Assembly: GCA_008369845.1 (NCBI GenBank)
Contig: MRSU01003374.1
Location: 1 to 57,653, forward strand
Direction of reading: 5' to 3'
Length of the DNA stretch: 57,653 bases
DNA from: Trichomonas gallinae
Lineage: Eukaryota
The position numbers and the translations under genes were made by a program. Below the pieces are notes generated by a model. It saw only the letters and a list, made by a program, of their open reading frames with translations. It was not told where the DNA came from and ran no database searches. Shown piece by piece: positions 21,482 through 32,608 of the stretch. How positions within the stretch are numbered: position 1 is the first letter of the stretch; each line of letters opens with the position of its first letter.

Positions 21482-23569
21482 ATGTTTGGGCAAGGCTCTG
21501 AGGCTGTTGAGAAGTTCAGAGCCCAGCAGAAGGCTCAGTATGCGGCAGATCTCAAGCGGCAAATAGAAGAGCAAGCCAAACAGAACGTTAGACAGTCTGT
21601 TGCCCAGCAAATGATTCAAAATCAAAAACCACCATGCAGACAAATACAGATACTACAGAAAAACAGACTTGGTGCCTTTCCACATGACGAAATAAAGGAA
21701 ATTCCACTGCCTAAAATACAAGAAACTTATGTTCAGGATCCTGAACCAGCGTCAGCAAGGAGGCAACCAGAATCTCCGCCAAAGCGCGAAATACCACATT
21801 ACAATCCGCCAAATAACGACATTGCACTTCAAAATCTGCAGTTTACTGTAGATCGGATTATCTCAATCGACCTTCCAAATAGAATTAAACCATGCGAAGA
21901 TGCTATTTCTAATATAAACATGAAAGTAGAAAGGTCAATCACATCAAATAATGAGCAAATTCAAAATCTCAGAGATAAATTTTCAGAAATAACGATTTCT
22001 ATCAACAACATTTCACGTAGACTAGCAGAAAATTCCGACAAAATCCGTTTCGCAATATCAGAAGTTCAGCAAGACAATCAAAGACTTAGAGATTCTCTTT
22101 CGATGACAAATAATCGCGTTCAAAACCTCGAAGGTTATATGGGCAAGCTAGAGGAAAGTTTTAACACTATTTCAATGCGTCAAGGCATGCTAGAACAAAG
22201 TGTTGCTCAATCAGTTGGAAAATTACAACAAATTGTCACTGGATTATCTACATCCACGCAAGCTGGTGATCAGCACCTCATGACACAAATCGAATCGCTC
22301 AACAAACAAACTGTTACGGCACTTTTACAGGCAAATTCAAATATTCAACAACTATCTGAATCGATAAACTCTCTCACTGAAAACGTTAAACAATCATTCA
22401 GCGTTGTTAGAAAAGAGTTCGATGATAGATTAATTGATATGACCCAAAAAACACAAAATGCAACCCTCGAAAATGCTCAAGCTTTCCAAACACTGCAGGA
22501 AGAAGTCGTTGAGACATTCAACAGCCTCAAGGATGTCGTCGAGCAGTCAAATAGGGCCACAGAGGCTGCCATACAAAGAGAATACGAGCTGCGACAGAAT
22601 GATAACATGTCTCTACTAGAAGCGAATGATATATTCACTTCTGCTGTTGCTGGGCAGCTCACGAACCTAGCCAAAGCCATCGAGAGGACCAACTCTAACA
22701 TCAAAACATCAGTTGAAACAGGCTGCGCGATGCATTTAGGAACATTTCGAGGCGATTTGGACAAATTTATCAGTGAAACAGTTTCAAACGTACAAGAGTG
22801 CCAAGGAAAGATGCGTGCAGTAGAAAACAAGCTCGCTAATGACTCAAATTTGGAATCCCGAATAAATAAACTAGAAAACTTAATAAATCAATACAACTCC
22901 AGGCTGGAAGAGATGGAACAAAATACAAAAAAGAGTGAAATAGCTTCTAGTTCTAGAATCCCTGAAATAAAACTATCTCCGAGAAATAATGATGACGTTG
23001 TTGAAAAGATCCCATTAAGTCCCGTCAAAATAAATACAGTAGATTTTGATAGGCATCGTCCGCCTCCAATATCAACAGCATTTAAGAATCAAATAAACCA
23101 AAAAGATGAGAAGAAAGATTCGCAAGAAAAAGCGGTAAAATTCAAGCCACCGCAAATTCTTCCTAATATTACAGAACAACTTCGCAATCCATCCCCAAAA
23201 CTGAATGAAAGCATCAAGCCAATCGTATCTCTACCTGTTGAACCACCGAAATCCACTGTGCCAAAGCCGAAAATGAAACTGGAACCAGTGAATCCTCAAG
23301 ACAGAGATATTCCAAAGCCTGATATTAAAATTGCTGATTTACCAAAAGATAAAGATTATGATCAGCATTCTCCAATAGATTCGCCCCAAAATCAAATATT
23401 CAGAGAAAAGTCAGAAGAAAATGATGAAGAAGTTTTCGATGACATTGAGCGATATGAATCATCGCACGAAGATGCTGACAGCGATCGAGAGGACATCATT
23501 AACATAAAATTCGATGATCCTGGAAAATCATTGAAAGATCTTCTATTTTTCAATGAGAAAAAGAAATAA
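21482..23569 (+). CDS. Coiled-coil protein of unknown function with Pro-rich/acidic tail
   Basis: Long ORF with Q/N/S/E-rich heptads; AAAATG start; Inr-like TCACTT at 21439. Confidence 0.8.
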   Translation: MFGQGSEAVEKFRAQQKAQYAADLKRQIEEQAKQNVRQSVAQQMIQNQKPPCRQIQILQKNRLGAFPHDEIKEIPLPKIQETYVQDPEPASARRQPESPPKREIPHYNPPNNDIALQNLQFTVDRIISIDLPNRIKPCEDAISNINMKVERSITSNNEQIQNLRDKFSEITISINNISRRLAENSDKIRFAISEVQQDNQRLRDSLSMTNNRVQNLEGYMGKLEESFNTISMRQGMLEQSVAQSVGKLQQIVTGLSTSTQAGDQHLMTQIESLNKQTVTALLQANSNIQQLSESINSLTENVKQSFSVVRKEFDDRLIDMTQKTQNATLENAQAFQTLQEEVVETFNSLKDVVEQSNRATEAAIQREYELRQNDNMSLLEANDIFTSAVAGQLTNLAKAIERTNSNIKTSVETGCAMHLGTFRGDLDKFISETVSNVQECQGKMRAVENKLANDSNLESRINKLENLINQYNSRLEEMEQNTKKSEIASSSRIPEIKLSPRNNDDVVEKIPLSPVKINTVDFDRHRPPPISTAFKNQINQKDEKKDSQEKAVKFKPPQILPNITEQLRNPSPKLNESIKPIVSLPVEPPKSTVPKPKMKLEPVNPQDRDIPKPDIKIADLPKDKDYDQHSPIDSPQNQIFREKSEENDEEVFDDIERYESSHEDADSDREDIINIKFDDPGKSLKDLLFFNEKKK

Positions 23570-23975
23570 AACTTTGTTATTTTGTTTGTTAGTAATCTAC
23601 AAATATTTATTTATTTCATAGCATATGAAACAAGGAAAAAACATTCTTATGAATTTATTTTATTCATTTCTAGATGCGCAAATGAAGCGTTAATTCAATA
23701 AAATGAGAATACCTCATGCATGTATTCATATCCAATATTAGCTATAACACTATTTACTTTTTAAGGAAATTATTTGAACAACATTTTGAAAATTGCAGCA
23801 TTATAATGACCATGGAGTCCTATATGCGATAGCATCTTGTGAATCATCTACAAATAAAGACGTTACAGATAGCATCAATATCATAACTTATTTCTTGAAA
23901 ATTGGAGTGATTATTTGGCTTAAGCATAACAAAAGAGATCAATTAAATTATTATTTTTGTTTTGATAATTTTTTT

Positions 23976-24043
23976 TGTCATGTAATTAAAATCCTGCCGC
24001 GTAAACATATCTTTGTCATGTAAAGAAAAATCTGTCATGTAAT
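23976..24043 (+). promoter_or_regulatory. Four TGTCATGTAA(A/T)-like motifs at exact 19-bp period just upstream of the kinase ATG
   Basis: TGTCATGTAAT 23976, TGCCGCGTAAA 23995, TGTCATGTAAA 24014, TGTCATGTAAT 24033; ATG at 24055. Regulatory role is inferred from position only. Confidence 0.5.
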
Positions 24044-24054
24044 TATCAAATATT

Positions 24055-25458
24055 ATGGAGCCACTTTCTTTCGACGATAAAAAGCTGAAAATCAACAATG
24101 AATGCTCAAGTGGTGGCTTTGGTGTTGTTTATGATGGTACATATGACAATAAGTCTGTTAAAGTAAAATTTATTAAAAAATATGTGCCAAATAAACACGG
24201 TGACCCACATTACCAATCTCTTCTTCAAATACTTCCAGAAATATTATTTCCTGCGTTTACTGCTCATCCCGCTATTAACAAAGTTTTAGGATATTCGATT
24301 GATCTTACGAAGTTTGAAAATATTCCGAGTAAGGAATACTACGCGTATATCGTACTAGAAAAGAATGGAGATCAAAATTTAGAAAACTATGTTGAATCAG
24401 CAAATGATAAGAGGGACAAAGACTTTTGTTTAAACCTTACTTGTCAGTTGTTTTGTGTTTGCAGAGGTCTTTTGGCATTAAATTCGTTTAATGATAATCA
24501 TTATGATATTAAGCCAACAAATCTTGTTGTAAAAGATAGATATGCCTGGATTATCGATTATGGTATCTCTGAACATGGCGAAAAATCTGGATCTGCGAGT
24601 ACTCAAGGATATCAAAATTTGGACAATCCATCTGATACTTACAGCTTCATAAAAACATTAGAAAATCTTTCTCATTTAGGTTGCCAAATCTTTAACTTAG
24701 AGTTCCTTAGCGCCCACGATAATTCTATTGGAATGGATTATATCTCTCTGATGTTCCTTAATGATAAACTTTATTGTTATGGATCTGATAATGATATCGA
24801 CTATATTAAGCAAGAATTTAAGACATTTAGAGAAAATTATTTGAAATTAGAAATTGAAACAAAATCACAAATTGAAATTTCAAGCGTTCTAGACTTTTCA
24901 ACATTATTAGTTGCACCAGCAAGAATTGATATTATTCAAAATATTGTTTTTGAGGCTGAAAATGGAAAAATTCAATCAATTTTGTTGCTCGCAATGATGT
25001 GGGGAAGCAATGTGTTCGGAAGAGTTGATAATTACTGCGCTTTGTTCTATTGCTTGGAGTCAATGAAGCGAGGATATAAAAACAATGACCTTCTGGAGAT
25101 TTTTATGAAGAGATTAAATATTAATATTACTAATAATAAGGAAAAGACCACAGCTAATATTGAAAAGCTGCTAAAAGAAAAGTTAATCAATGATGCGAAA
25201 AATGGTAATTGGATCGCGCAGACCAGATTAGGTATTATGATGAAACAGGCTGGAATTAACACAAAGTTAGCCGATCAATTAATTAAAATTGGAAAAGATC
25301 GTAATTGTTTTGATATTGACTGCACATTTATTATGGATGTGCCTGTTGATGATACACAAAGCAATGAATCTGATGATGCACAAAGCAATGAATCTGATGA
25401 TACTGAATTTAAAACTTATACTACAAGCTTTTCGGCGCAAACTACAACTATAATATAA
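24055..25458 (+). CDS. Divergent protein kinase with helical C-terminal region
   Basis: Gly-loop SSGGFGVVY, VKVK lysine, HYDIKPTNL catalytic loop, DYG; no APE motif. Confidence 0.75.
   Translation: MEPLSFDDKKLKINNECSSGGFGVVYDGTYDNKSVKVKFIKKYVPNKHGDPHYQSLLQILPEILFPAFTAHPAINKVLGYSIDLTKFENIPSKEYYAYIVLEKNGDQNLENYVESANDKRDKDFCLNLTCQLFCVCRGLLALNSFNDNHYDIKPTNLVVKDRYAWIIDYGISEHGEKSGSASTQGYQNLDNPSDTYSFIKTLENLSHLGCQIFNLEFLSAHDNSIGMDYISLMFLNDKLYCYGSDNDIDYIKQEFKTFRENYLKLEIETKSQIEISSVLDFSTLLVAPARIDIIQNIVFEAENGKIQSILLLAMMWGSNVFGRVDNYCALFYCLESMKRGYKNNDLLEIFMKRLNINITNNKEKTTANIEKLLKEKLINDAKNGNWIAQTRLGIMMKQAGINTKLADQLIKIGKDRNCFDIDCTFIMDVPVDDTQSNESDDAQSNESDDTEFKTYTTSFSAQTTTII
25348..25401 (+). repeat. 24-bp coding tandem repeat (DD[T/A]QSNES x2, plus DD)
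   Basis: GATGAT(A/G)CACAAAGCAATGAATCT at 25348 and 25372. Confidence 0.85.
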
Positions 25459-25754
25459 TTATGAATTGTATTTATTAAATAGAACCTATCATATATCGAA
25501 GCTTTACCTATTTATATATATTAATAATAACAGATACTCCGATGTTTCAAGAGCTTTCAACAAAAACCAATTAATAACTAATGTCTTGTAATAATAAAAG
25601 TTAAGACTCTTATATCAATATAATAACAAATTTGCAATTTTGAATCAAGAGTTTATATAATACTATAATGGCAATGATATATAAATAATAATCTTTATAA
25701 ATTCTATATATATTATAAATATAAGTAAACAATAAATAGTGAGAAAAAAAAAAC

Positions 25755-27122
25755 TTATTCCTCTTCTTTCTGTTCTTCCCTTCCATCGTCGTCGACAATT
25801 CTTCCGACTCTGAGAGGCTTTGGCTTTGCTGCCTCTGGATCCTTTGCGTGTGCCATTCTAGCGAGTGCCTTTCTAGATACAGCGTCCATCTGTTTCGCTC
25901 TCTCGTATCTCTGCCTGTGGAGGGTCTTGGGGAGATTCTGCTTCTCTGCAATCATCTTAACTTCTGTAGAGTGTCTCCACTTCTTGAGCAGTCTCTCGTT
26001 CATGTTCTGCGCTTCTTCCTCCTTCTTAGTGCGGGCAGTAAGCACCTCATTGGCCTTAGTCTTGAAGAGTCTGATGGACATATCATGGCTGCCGGTGATG
26101 ACGAACTTAGAGTCGTGCGAGAAGCAGCACGCGTGAACTTCCTGCATACGCTTCGTGTGGTAGCAGTCGAGGCTCTTGATCTGCGACCAGTCCCACACTC
26201 TGACTGTGTGGTCATAGGAACCGGAAACGAATTCGCGGCCGTTCGGTGAAAAATTGACGCATGTTACTGTTCCGAGATGATCTGTGAAAACCCTTATGGC
26301 GGATTCAGTCTTTCTTACGTCGAACAAGTAGCAAGCAGAGTCATCGTTACCAACAATGAAGTAGAATGGCTTTTGCGGGTTCCAGTCGACGGCATTAGAT
26401 TTAGTTTTCATTGTGATTGTTCTAGCAATCGTTGATGTGCGGACATCGGCAATAACAATGCTTCTGTCTTCAGCGCAAGCGCAAATAAGGTTTTGTTCGT
26501 TCTGATTGAAAACTGAATCTGTAAATTGATGAATTGGACTATTAAATTTGAGAATTGGCTGGTTTCTGTGTGGTGTCCAAAGCATTAATGCTTCGCCACC
26601 AGTGACAAATTGATCATTTGCGTATGAAAAATCGATAGAGCTGAGATGTCCGTGTGGCGAAGTGAAATCAAAGTGGACATTGTCATCACTATCGGAATCA
26701 ACACGAAATCCGAATATATGTGAGCTAGCATTTACACCGAGAACAAGATTAGATTTATGATCTGTGCATACATCGTTTACGCACGAGCCTGTATGAAAAG
26801 TATGGATGCATTCACGTGCTGATAAGTCCCAGATGCGAATATCTCCATCAAAACTGCCAGAAACTAAAGTTGGGGTTTCGTTTTCGCGGTGATCGCGTGC
26901 TAATGCTGTAATTGTATCAGAATGTCCTTCCAGTGAACCAACAAATGGCTTTGCAAACATTTTTTTCATTTTTGCAGCACGAATTGCTCTGACATATTCT
27001 ATCTGCTGCGACATTGGGTGTAATTCAGGTGCAGTGTTCTTGAGTATCTTGAGGCCGTCGGTTTTTGTCGCGCGTGCGAAGTCTGCTTCACGACGCGCAA
27101 TGACTTGAACTCTAGGCTTCAT
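25755..27122 (-). CDS. SOF1: Sof1/DCAF13 WD40 protein, U3 snoRNP (SSU processome) component
   Basis: PELHPM...EYVRA...KMFAKPFVGSLEGH, WD repeats, YHTKRMQ, GSHDMSIRLFK and C-terminal Sof1 domain. Confidence 0.93.
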   Translation of the reverse strand: MKPRVQVIARREADFARATKTDGLKILKNTAPELHPMSQQIEYVRAIRAAKMKKMFAKPFVGSLEGHSDTITALARDHRENETPTLVSGSFDGDIRIWDLSARECIHTFHTGSCVNDVCTDHKSNLVLGVNASSHIFGFRVDSDSDDNVHFDFTSPHGHLSSIDFSYANDQFVTGGEALMLWTPHRNQPILKFNSPIHQFTDSVFNQNEQNLICACAEDRSIVIADVRTSTIARTITMKTKSNAVDWNPQKPFYFIVGNDDSACYLFDVRKTESAIRVFTDHLGTVTCVNFSPNGREFVSGSYDHTVRVWDWSQIKSLDCYHTKRMQEVHACCFSHDSKFVITGSHDMSIRLFKTKANEVLTARTKKEEEAQNMNERLLKKWRHSTEVKMIAEKQNLPKTLHRQRYERAKQMDAVSRKALARMAHAKDPEAAKPKPLRVGRIVDDDGREEQKEEE

Positions 27123-27900
27123 TTTTTTCTAAAAATTTTAGTTGAAGACACCTTTAAATTTTTTGACATGTAAACTATTTGACATGTAAATTATATTTTG
27201 TCATGTAAAGTATTTACCATGCATTTTTGGTTTGTAAAATATTTTTTTGCTTTGTAAATTTTTCCCAATATTTTTTGTCGTGTAAATTAAAATCTACAAA
27301 AATCTGCACTGTAAAAAAATGGTTGCTTCAAATTAACCCAGTAATTTGCTGCATATATAGCTTTTAGAATCATAATTTCTGGACATTTTGTTATAACAAG
27401 GCGCATTCCTTGTTAGGATATTGTTTATTAGGAGAAAAAAATTATAGAAATTGCTCTTTTATAAATGCATTTTCGATGGTGAATTTAGAATATTAATTTT
27501 TGACATGTAAAAATATGTTTTATGACATGTAATGTTTGGTAATTTGGTAAAAAATTCATTTTTCAAGTGTTTAAACATGATATTTAGATTCTAACCATGA
27601 AGTAATAGTTATTTAAATATAAACTATTGTAAAAATCGCATAACTTGAAAAATTTCATTTCGAAATATTTTTTAAAATCCAAAAATAGACTATTTATTTG
27701 ATACGATATAATAAAATCTAAAAATTAATCAACAAATTCGAAATACCAAAACGAAAACAAAAAAATTGACGATTTTGGAATAAAATCTATATATATATGT
27801 AAAGCAGTAAAGCAGTCAAAATCATGGAAGAAAAGAAAATTTTTTTTCGCGGCAAAAATTGAGAGGACAGACGTTAAAGGCGGGAAATCTTATAATAAAT

Positions 27901-29658
27901 ATGTCGATAAATCAGCTCTCTCGTGGTTCAGTGCATGAAGCGTGCACATCTAGCTCCATTAAGGAGGGAACAGTTCTCCAGGTCGTCCAGATTTCGCAAA
28001 AGAAGCCTGGCGCACAGCGCAGAATTGCTTTGAGTGATGGAAACTTCGTCGTTACTGGTGTTGTTTACGACCCTGCTGAGGAGATGTTCAACAACGATGA
28101 AGTCAAGACTAACAGTATTATTTCCCTGAAGAAATGCACCTTTTCAAAGGTTAACGAAAAAATTGCTGTAAATATCAACGATATCGAGGTCATCCAGTTG
28201 GATGTTCCAAACCAGCTTGGTACACCTGTCAAGTGGACGCCTGGTTCTCAGAGCCAGTCCGCGCCGTCAAAGCCACCAGCTCCAAAGGCTGCTAGAAGCG
28301 CCCCACCACCACCTCGCAAAGTCCAGCGTATACAGTTCGATCCAATTAGCCAGCTTAGCTCCTACACCAATAATTTCACCATTCTGGCTCGTGTTGTCAG
28401 CAAAGATTTCAAAAATATTGAGAGCAAGGGCCTTAAGATACTCACAGTCACTCTCGCTGATCAGTCTGGTGAGATTAAGGGAACATTCTGGCGTGATGCT
28501 GCTGTCAAATTCGATGAAATTATTGAAAAAGACAAAGTTTACACATTTTCCGGCGGAAAGATCAAGTTTGCCAACAAAACATACAACACAACAACCCACG
28601 ACTGCGAAATCAACTTCGATAACTCAACAAAAGTCGAAGCTGCATCCGATGATGTCAACACAGAAGAGATTGGCAAGCCGAAATTCAACTTCAAGACAAT
28701 CGCTGATGTCGATGGCATGAACAAGGATGCTGTTATCGATCTCATGACTGTCGCTATCGATGTTCCATTCCCAACAACCAAGCACCTCAAAACTGGACGT
28801 GATGTTGAACATATTTCGATCGAAGTTGCGGATTTGTCCAACAGGAAGATTGAGCTCAACGTCTGGGGCGAGAATTGCAAGTCATTCCAAGAAAACACAC
28901 ATCCTATCATCGTCCTCAAGGATGCCAAAGTTGGCGAATTCAGCGGCAAGAAGAACCTCACTCTCGGCAGCGTTTTCATCATCGATCCACAAGATATGCC
29001 AGAAGCAGACAAAGTTCGCGAGTGGTTTGAGGAACTTAACGGTAACTTCGACAACATCAAGGGCTTCGCATCGACTTCGTATGAAAGCGCGCCAAGAAAG
29101 ACGCCATTAGTTTTGCTCAAGACTTTAGCTGACGAAAATGTCGGTGGAAACGGACACCCACAGTACGTCGATGTCGTCGCTTCCATCTTCAACTTCGTGC
29201 CAGGCAGGTCCTTCTTCTACAATGCTTGTCCAAACGAGACATGCAAGGGCAAGGGACTCAAGGAGAGAGACGGCGGCTTGTTCTGCGACAACTGCGGCCA
29301 GATGATCAACAATCCAGTGCCAAGATTCAACTACAGAATCGAACTTGCTGATTTTACTGGAGTTCTTCCTTTCGTGCAAGTCTTTGGCGAGGAATCTGGC
29401 ATCGACAAACTCACTGGCTGCGATGCAAGAACATTCAAGGCTGAATGGGATGAGATTGAAGATGAAGATAAGATCACGACAATGACCAGGAAGTTGAATG
29501 AAAGATCTAAGGGCAAGGAATTCAGGTTCAGGCTGAAGGCAGCTGAGAACACATACAACGAGAAGTCAACTATTAAATTCAACGTCGTCAGCGTCTTTGA
29601 TGTCAACTACCGTGAAATTTCCAAGAAGAAGATCGATGAAATCGCAAAATACGAATAA
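27901..29658 (+). CDS. RPA1: Replication protein A large subunit (RPA70)
   Basis: N-terminal OB fold (ALSDG), Pro-rich linker, DBD-A/B (ARVVSK, DQSGEIKGTFW, KFANKTY, LNVWGE), C4 zinc finger CPNETC...CDNC in DBD-C; ATG at 27901. Confidence 0.92.
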   Translation: MSINQLSRGSVHEACTSSSIKEGTVLQVVQISQKKPGAQRRIALSDGNFVVTGVVYDPAEEMFNNDEVKTNSIISLKKCTFSKVNEKIAVNINDIEVIQLDVPNQLGTPVKWTPGSQSQSAPSKPPAPKAARSAPPPPRKVQRIQFDPISQLSSYTNNFTILARVVSKDFKNIESKGLKILTVTLADQSGEIKGTFWRDAAVKFDEIIEKDKVYTFSGGKIKFANKTYNTTTHDCEINFDNSTKVEAASDDVNTEEIGKPKFNFKTIADVDGMNKDAVIDLMTVAIDVPFPTTKHLKTGRDVEHISIEVADLSNRKIELNVWGENCKSFQENTHPIIVLKDAKVGEFSGKKNLTLGSVFIIDPQDMPEADKVREWFEELNGNFDNIKGFASTSYESAPRKTPLVLLKTLADENVGGNGHPQYVDVVASIFNFVPGRSFFYNACPNETCKGKGLKERDGGLFCDNCGQMINNPVPRFNYRIELADFTGVLPFVQVFGEESGIDKLTGCDARTFKAEWDEIEDEDKITTMTRKLNERSKGKEFRFRLKAAENTYNEKSTIKFNVVSVFDVNYREISKKKIDEIAKYE

Positions 29659-30025
29659 AGAAATTGTTTAATTTACTTCTTTATTTAAATTACAATAATC
29701 AAATGTTTTGCATCACATCATTAATCATTGCAATCTTATATTATATCTTATATTCTTATATTTTATTGAATAATAGAATTTTTAATGCATATAGAAGCAA
29801 GCCATAGCAGCTATATATGGTGATATAATTTACAGAATGAACTGAGATATTAACATTTTGATTTTCAATTTTTTTTAGTTTTATGAATTGTTATTTTCAT
29901 GGTTTAGACTTGAAATGTTTTGAATTGTCATGATGACATTGTTTTACAAATGTAGCATGCATTTTAAAATAAATTCAAAATAAAATTTCAAATTAATTCT
30001 AGAATTGAAAAATAACAAACAAAAT

Positions 30026-31423
30026 TTATTTTGGTTTCCGTGAAAATCGATAAATATAAAAGACAAATAGCAAACAAAAGATGATATTTGAAATAATAAA
30101 TATTGTATAGGAATAGAAGTGTTTCTCAACTTTAATTATTGTTTTGTTGGTAATTGTTAGATTTGATAATGTTGTATTAAATGAATCTCCGGTTATTAAA
30201 TCTTTTTGATCAAAAACAAAATTTGAGTTCGAAATATTAAGAATTGTCAAGTTGCAATTAATCATTTTTCCATTTAGTTTTGATATATTAATATTATCAA
30301 TCAAGATTTCTCCATCTTGAGAAAATATTAATGATTTTGTAATAATTGACTTAATTACTGAATTGTTCATCGAAATAGTTGTATTATATGGTAAACAGAT
30401 GAAATTTTCTGTGAATATATTCTTCTTAACTAAAATTTCGGTGATTTGAATTGATGAATTTGATATAGACTTTAAAAACGAAATTGCGTTATTCTTATAG
30501 AATCTAGAGTCTTGTAGTACTACAAAGGATGTTTCAACAATGAATAATGGAGAATCTGGCGAGAAAGATTCAATAATTGAAGAATTTTTAATTGTAAAGT
30601 TAGAATTCTTAGGTATTTGTGCTATTATAGCTGTATTATCAATGAATGATGAGTTCGTAAAGTTCAAATACGAATATGAAGAATCGATATAAAATAAATG
30701 TGTTGCTTCATTGGATTTGAATGTACATTCCCATATACCTATCATTGCAAAGTATTCTGCACTTATCAATGGCGAGCTTGGAGAATCATTATTTTGAATT
30801 GAAGACAATGAGAATTCTGCAATAGAATTCAAAACGTAAATCAGTGGAATGTTATATTCATGAAGAACTTGGTTGTCTGAAAATGTTAAATTCTCAACCA
30901 AGAAATTAGATGAAGCAACTAAAATAATTGGGCATTTTGAACTTAAACAATTTGAAATTGTAACATTTTTGAAAATTACCTTTGATATGGCTATCTGTAT
31001 TAGTCCTATTTTGTGATCAATTGAACAATTTTCGATGGTCAGATTGAAAAACGTTGAATCTCGCCCATTCCGAAAAACTAATATCGGCATTCTAAACTTT
31101 GTTATGATTGCATTTCCAAATGAAACGTTTGTAAAGTTGTTTATATATAGAAATGCTCGATCTTCAATATTAAATCTTTGTCCATCGATAATAGAATAGT
31201 TTAAATTATATGATACGTTGTTATATACTGTATTATGAATGAAATTCCTTAATTCTTGTAAATCTTCGAATGTTTCAAATTTATATTTTTCGAATGTTAT
31301 ATTTATATTTTCTTTAACATATTGAATAGCATCACGATGCCCGCATGGATCGAATTTCCCGCATTTGCTAATATTGTGTACTTGTGAATCAAGAGTTACT
31401 CTAAAAAATACTAAACATAACAT
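30026..31423 (-). CDS. Putative type I membrane/surface protein, Asn/Ile/Ser-rich, beta-helix-like
   Basis: Short hydrophobic N-terminus, repetitive F.NC/F.NN-type strands, C-terminal TM (IFIISNIIFCLLFVFYIY) followed by RFSRKPK; ATG at 31423. Confidence 0.65.
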   Translation of the reverse strand: MLCLVFFRVTLDSQVHNISKCGKFDPCGHRDAIQYVKENINITFEKYKFETFEDLQELRNFIHNTVYNNVSYNLNYSIIDGQRFNIEDRAFLYINNFTNVSFGNAIITKFRMPILVFRNGRDSTFFNLTIENCSIDHKIGLIQIAISKVIFKNVTISNCLSSKCPIILVASSNFLVENLTFSDNQVLHEYNIPLIYVLNSIAEFSLSSIQNNDSPSSPLISAEYFAMIGIWECTFKSNEATHLFYIDSSYSYLNFTNSSFIDNTAIIAQIPKNSNFTIKNSSIIESFSPDSPLFIVETSFVVLQDSRFYKNNAISFLKSISNSSIQITEILVKKNIFTENFICLPYNTTISMNNSVIKSIITKSLIFSQDGEILIDNINISKLNGKMINCNLTILNISNSNFVFDQKDLITGDSFNTTLSNLTITNKTIIKVEKHFYSYTIFIISNIIFCLLFVFYIYRFSRKPK

Positions 31424-31606
31424 TGTCAAATTTCTCGACTTTACATGTCAAATAATCATTATCTCAATGATTTTGTTTTGATTGTTATGTTTAACAATTG
31501 TACAGTTGAATATACGAATATTTTTAAACACAAATTTGTATTTTATAATAAATAGACAGATAATATAAATAAAAAAATAGAAAAGTAAAATGAAATATAT
31601 AACGGA

Positions 31607-32608
31607 TTAGAGTAAGCCGATTGATGATGGCTTAATGATGCCAATAACTTGATGACGAATATAAATTCCGATCAAAAAGATGAGAGTTGCAACAAATGAA
31701 TCAATAATATCATTTGTCAGGTTCCTAGAAAATGCAATTTCTTCTTCTGATGATAAAACACTGAAATATTTTCCTTCTTCATTTGATCCTGTTTCTAATC
31801 CAAGATCTATTGGTCTTCCTACACTGGCATATCCATATCTAGTTGATTGGTATCTGATTAACATATATTCATCAATAACAAGTAAAGATATTGCAGTGAT
31901 TAAACGTCCAGTGAAATCTAAGTTAGAATCTGACTTTCCTGGGAGGAATATGCTACCTTTCAATGCAAAAAGAATGATGATAAGAATCAAGAAAATTGAA
32001 TTTTCAAAATGAAGAACATATAAACGAACTCTTTGCGAATAGAAGTTGAGAATATAAACTAAACTGAATGTAAAAACTGACTGTGATACTGTTAAATCGC
32101 CAGAGAAGATGAAATTAATAACGAAGAAAATCGCAACTAAGTGAACAAGAGGATTACCCCATGGATGCGAAATATTGATTAGCGATCCAATGTAGAATAG
32201 AATGAGAAGTAGAGAACTCAATTTCGGCGAAGGCATCGAATACAAGCGATAAAAGTTGAGCGTGAGTGGGCGATCTGAATCGCCGCAAGCTGGTGGCTTT
32301 CCGATAAGGTATGCTAAAGGAATGATGATAAGATAAATGTAGAGGATTCTGTGGAACAATGTTAAAATTGAAAGGCGAGAAACGTTGTAAAGGCGTGAAA
32401 TCTTAACATATGACTCATTAGAACGTGTTTTGAATATAAGAGGAAGGATGATTAAGATAACAATGCATAACTCGATAATAATGAAAGGCTCAGTCCATCT
32501 AAGTATAAGACTGACGGCATTTCCTACTGTATCGCGATAACCTTTGAGTTCGTAACAAGCATTCCAAAAACTATCCCCTATAACAGTAACTCTCATAATT
32601 TTTGTCAT
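31607..32608 (-). CDS. Multi-pass membrane protein of unknown function
   Basis: 333-aa ORF with about 7-8 hydrophobic segments. Confidence 0.75.
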   Translation of the reverse strand: MTKIMRVTVIGDSFWNACYELKGYRDTVGNAVSLILRWTEPFIIIELCIVILIILPLIFKTRSNESYVKISRLYNVSRLSILTLFHRILYIYLIIIPLAYLIGKPPACGDSDRPLTLNFYRLYSMPSPKLSSLLLILFYIGSLINISHPWGNPLVHLVAIFFVINFIFSGDLTVSQSVFTFSLVYILNFYSQRVRLYVLHFENSIFLILIIILFALKGSIFLPGKSDSNLDFTGRLITAISLLVIDEYMLIRYQSTRYGYASVGRPIDLGLETGSNEEGKYFSVLSSEEEIAFSRNLTNDIIDSFVATLIFLIGIYIRHQVIGIIKPSSIGLL

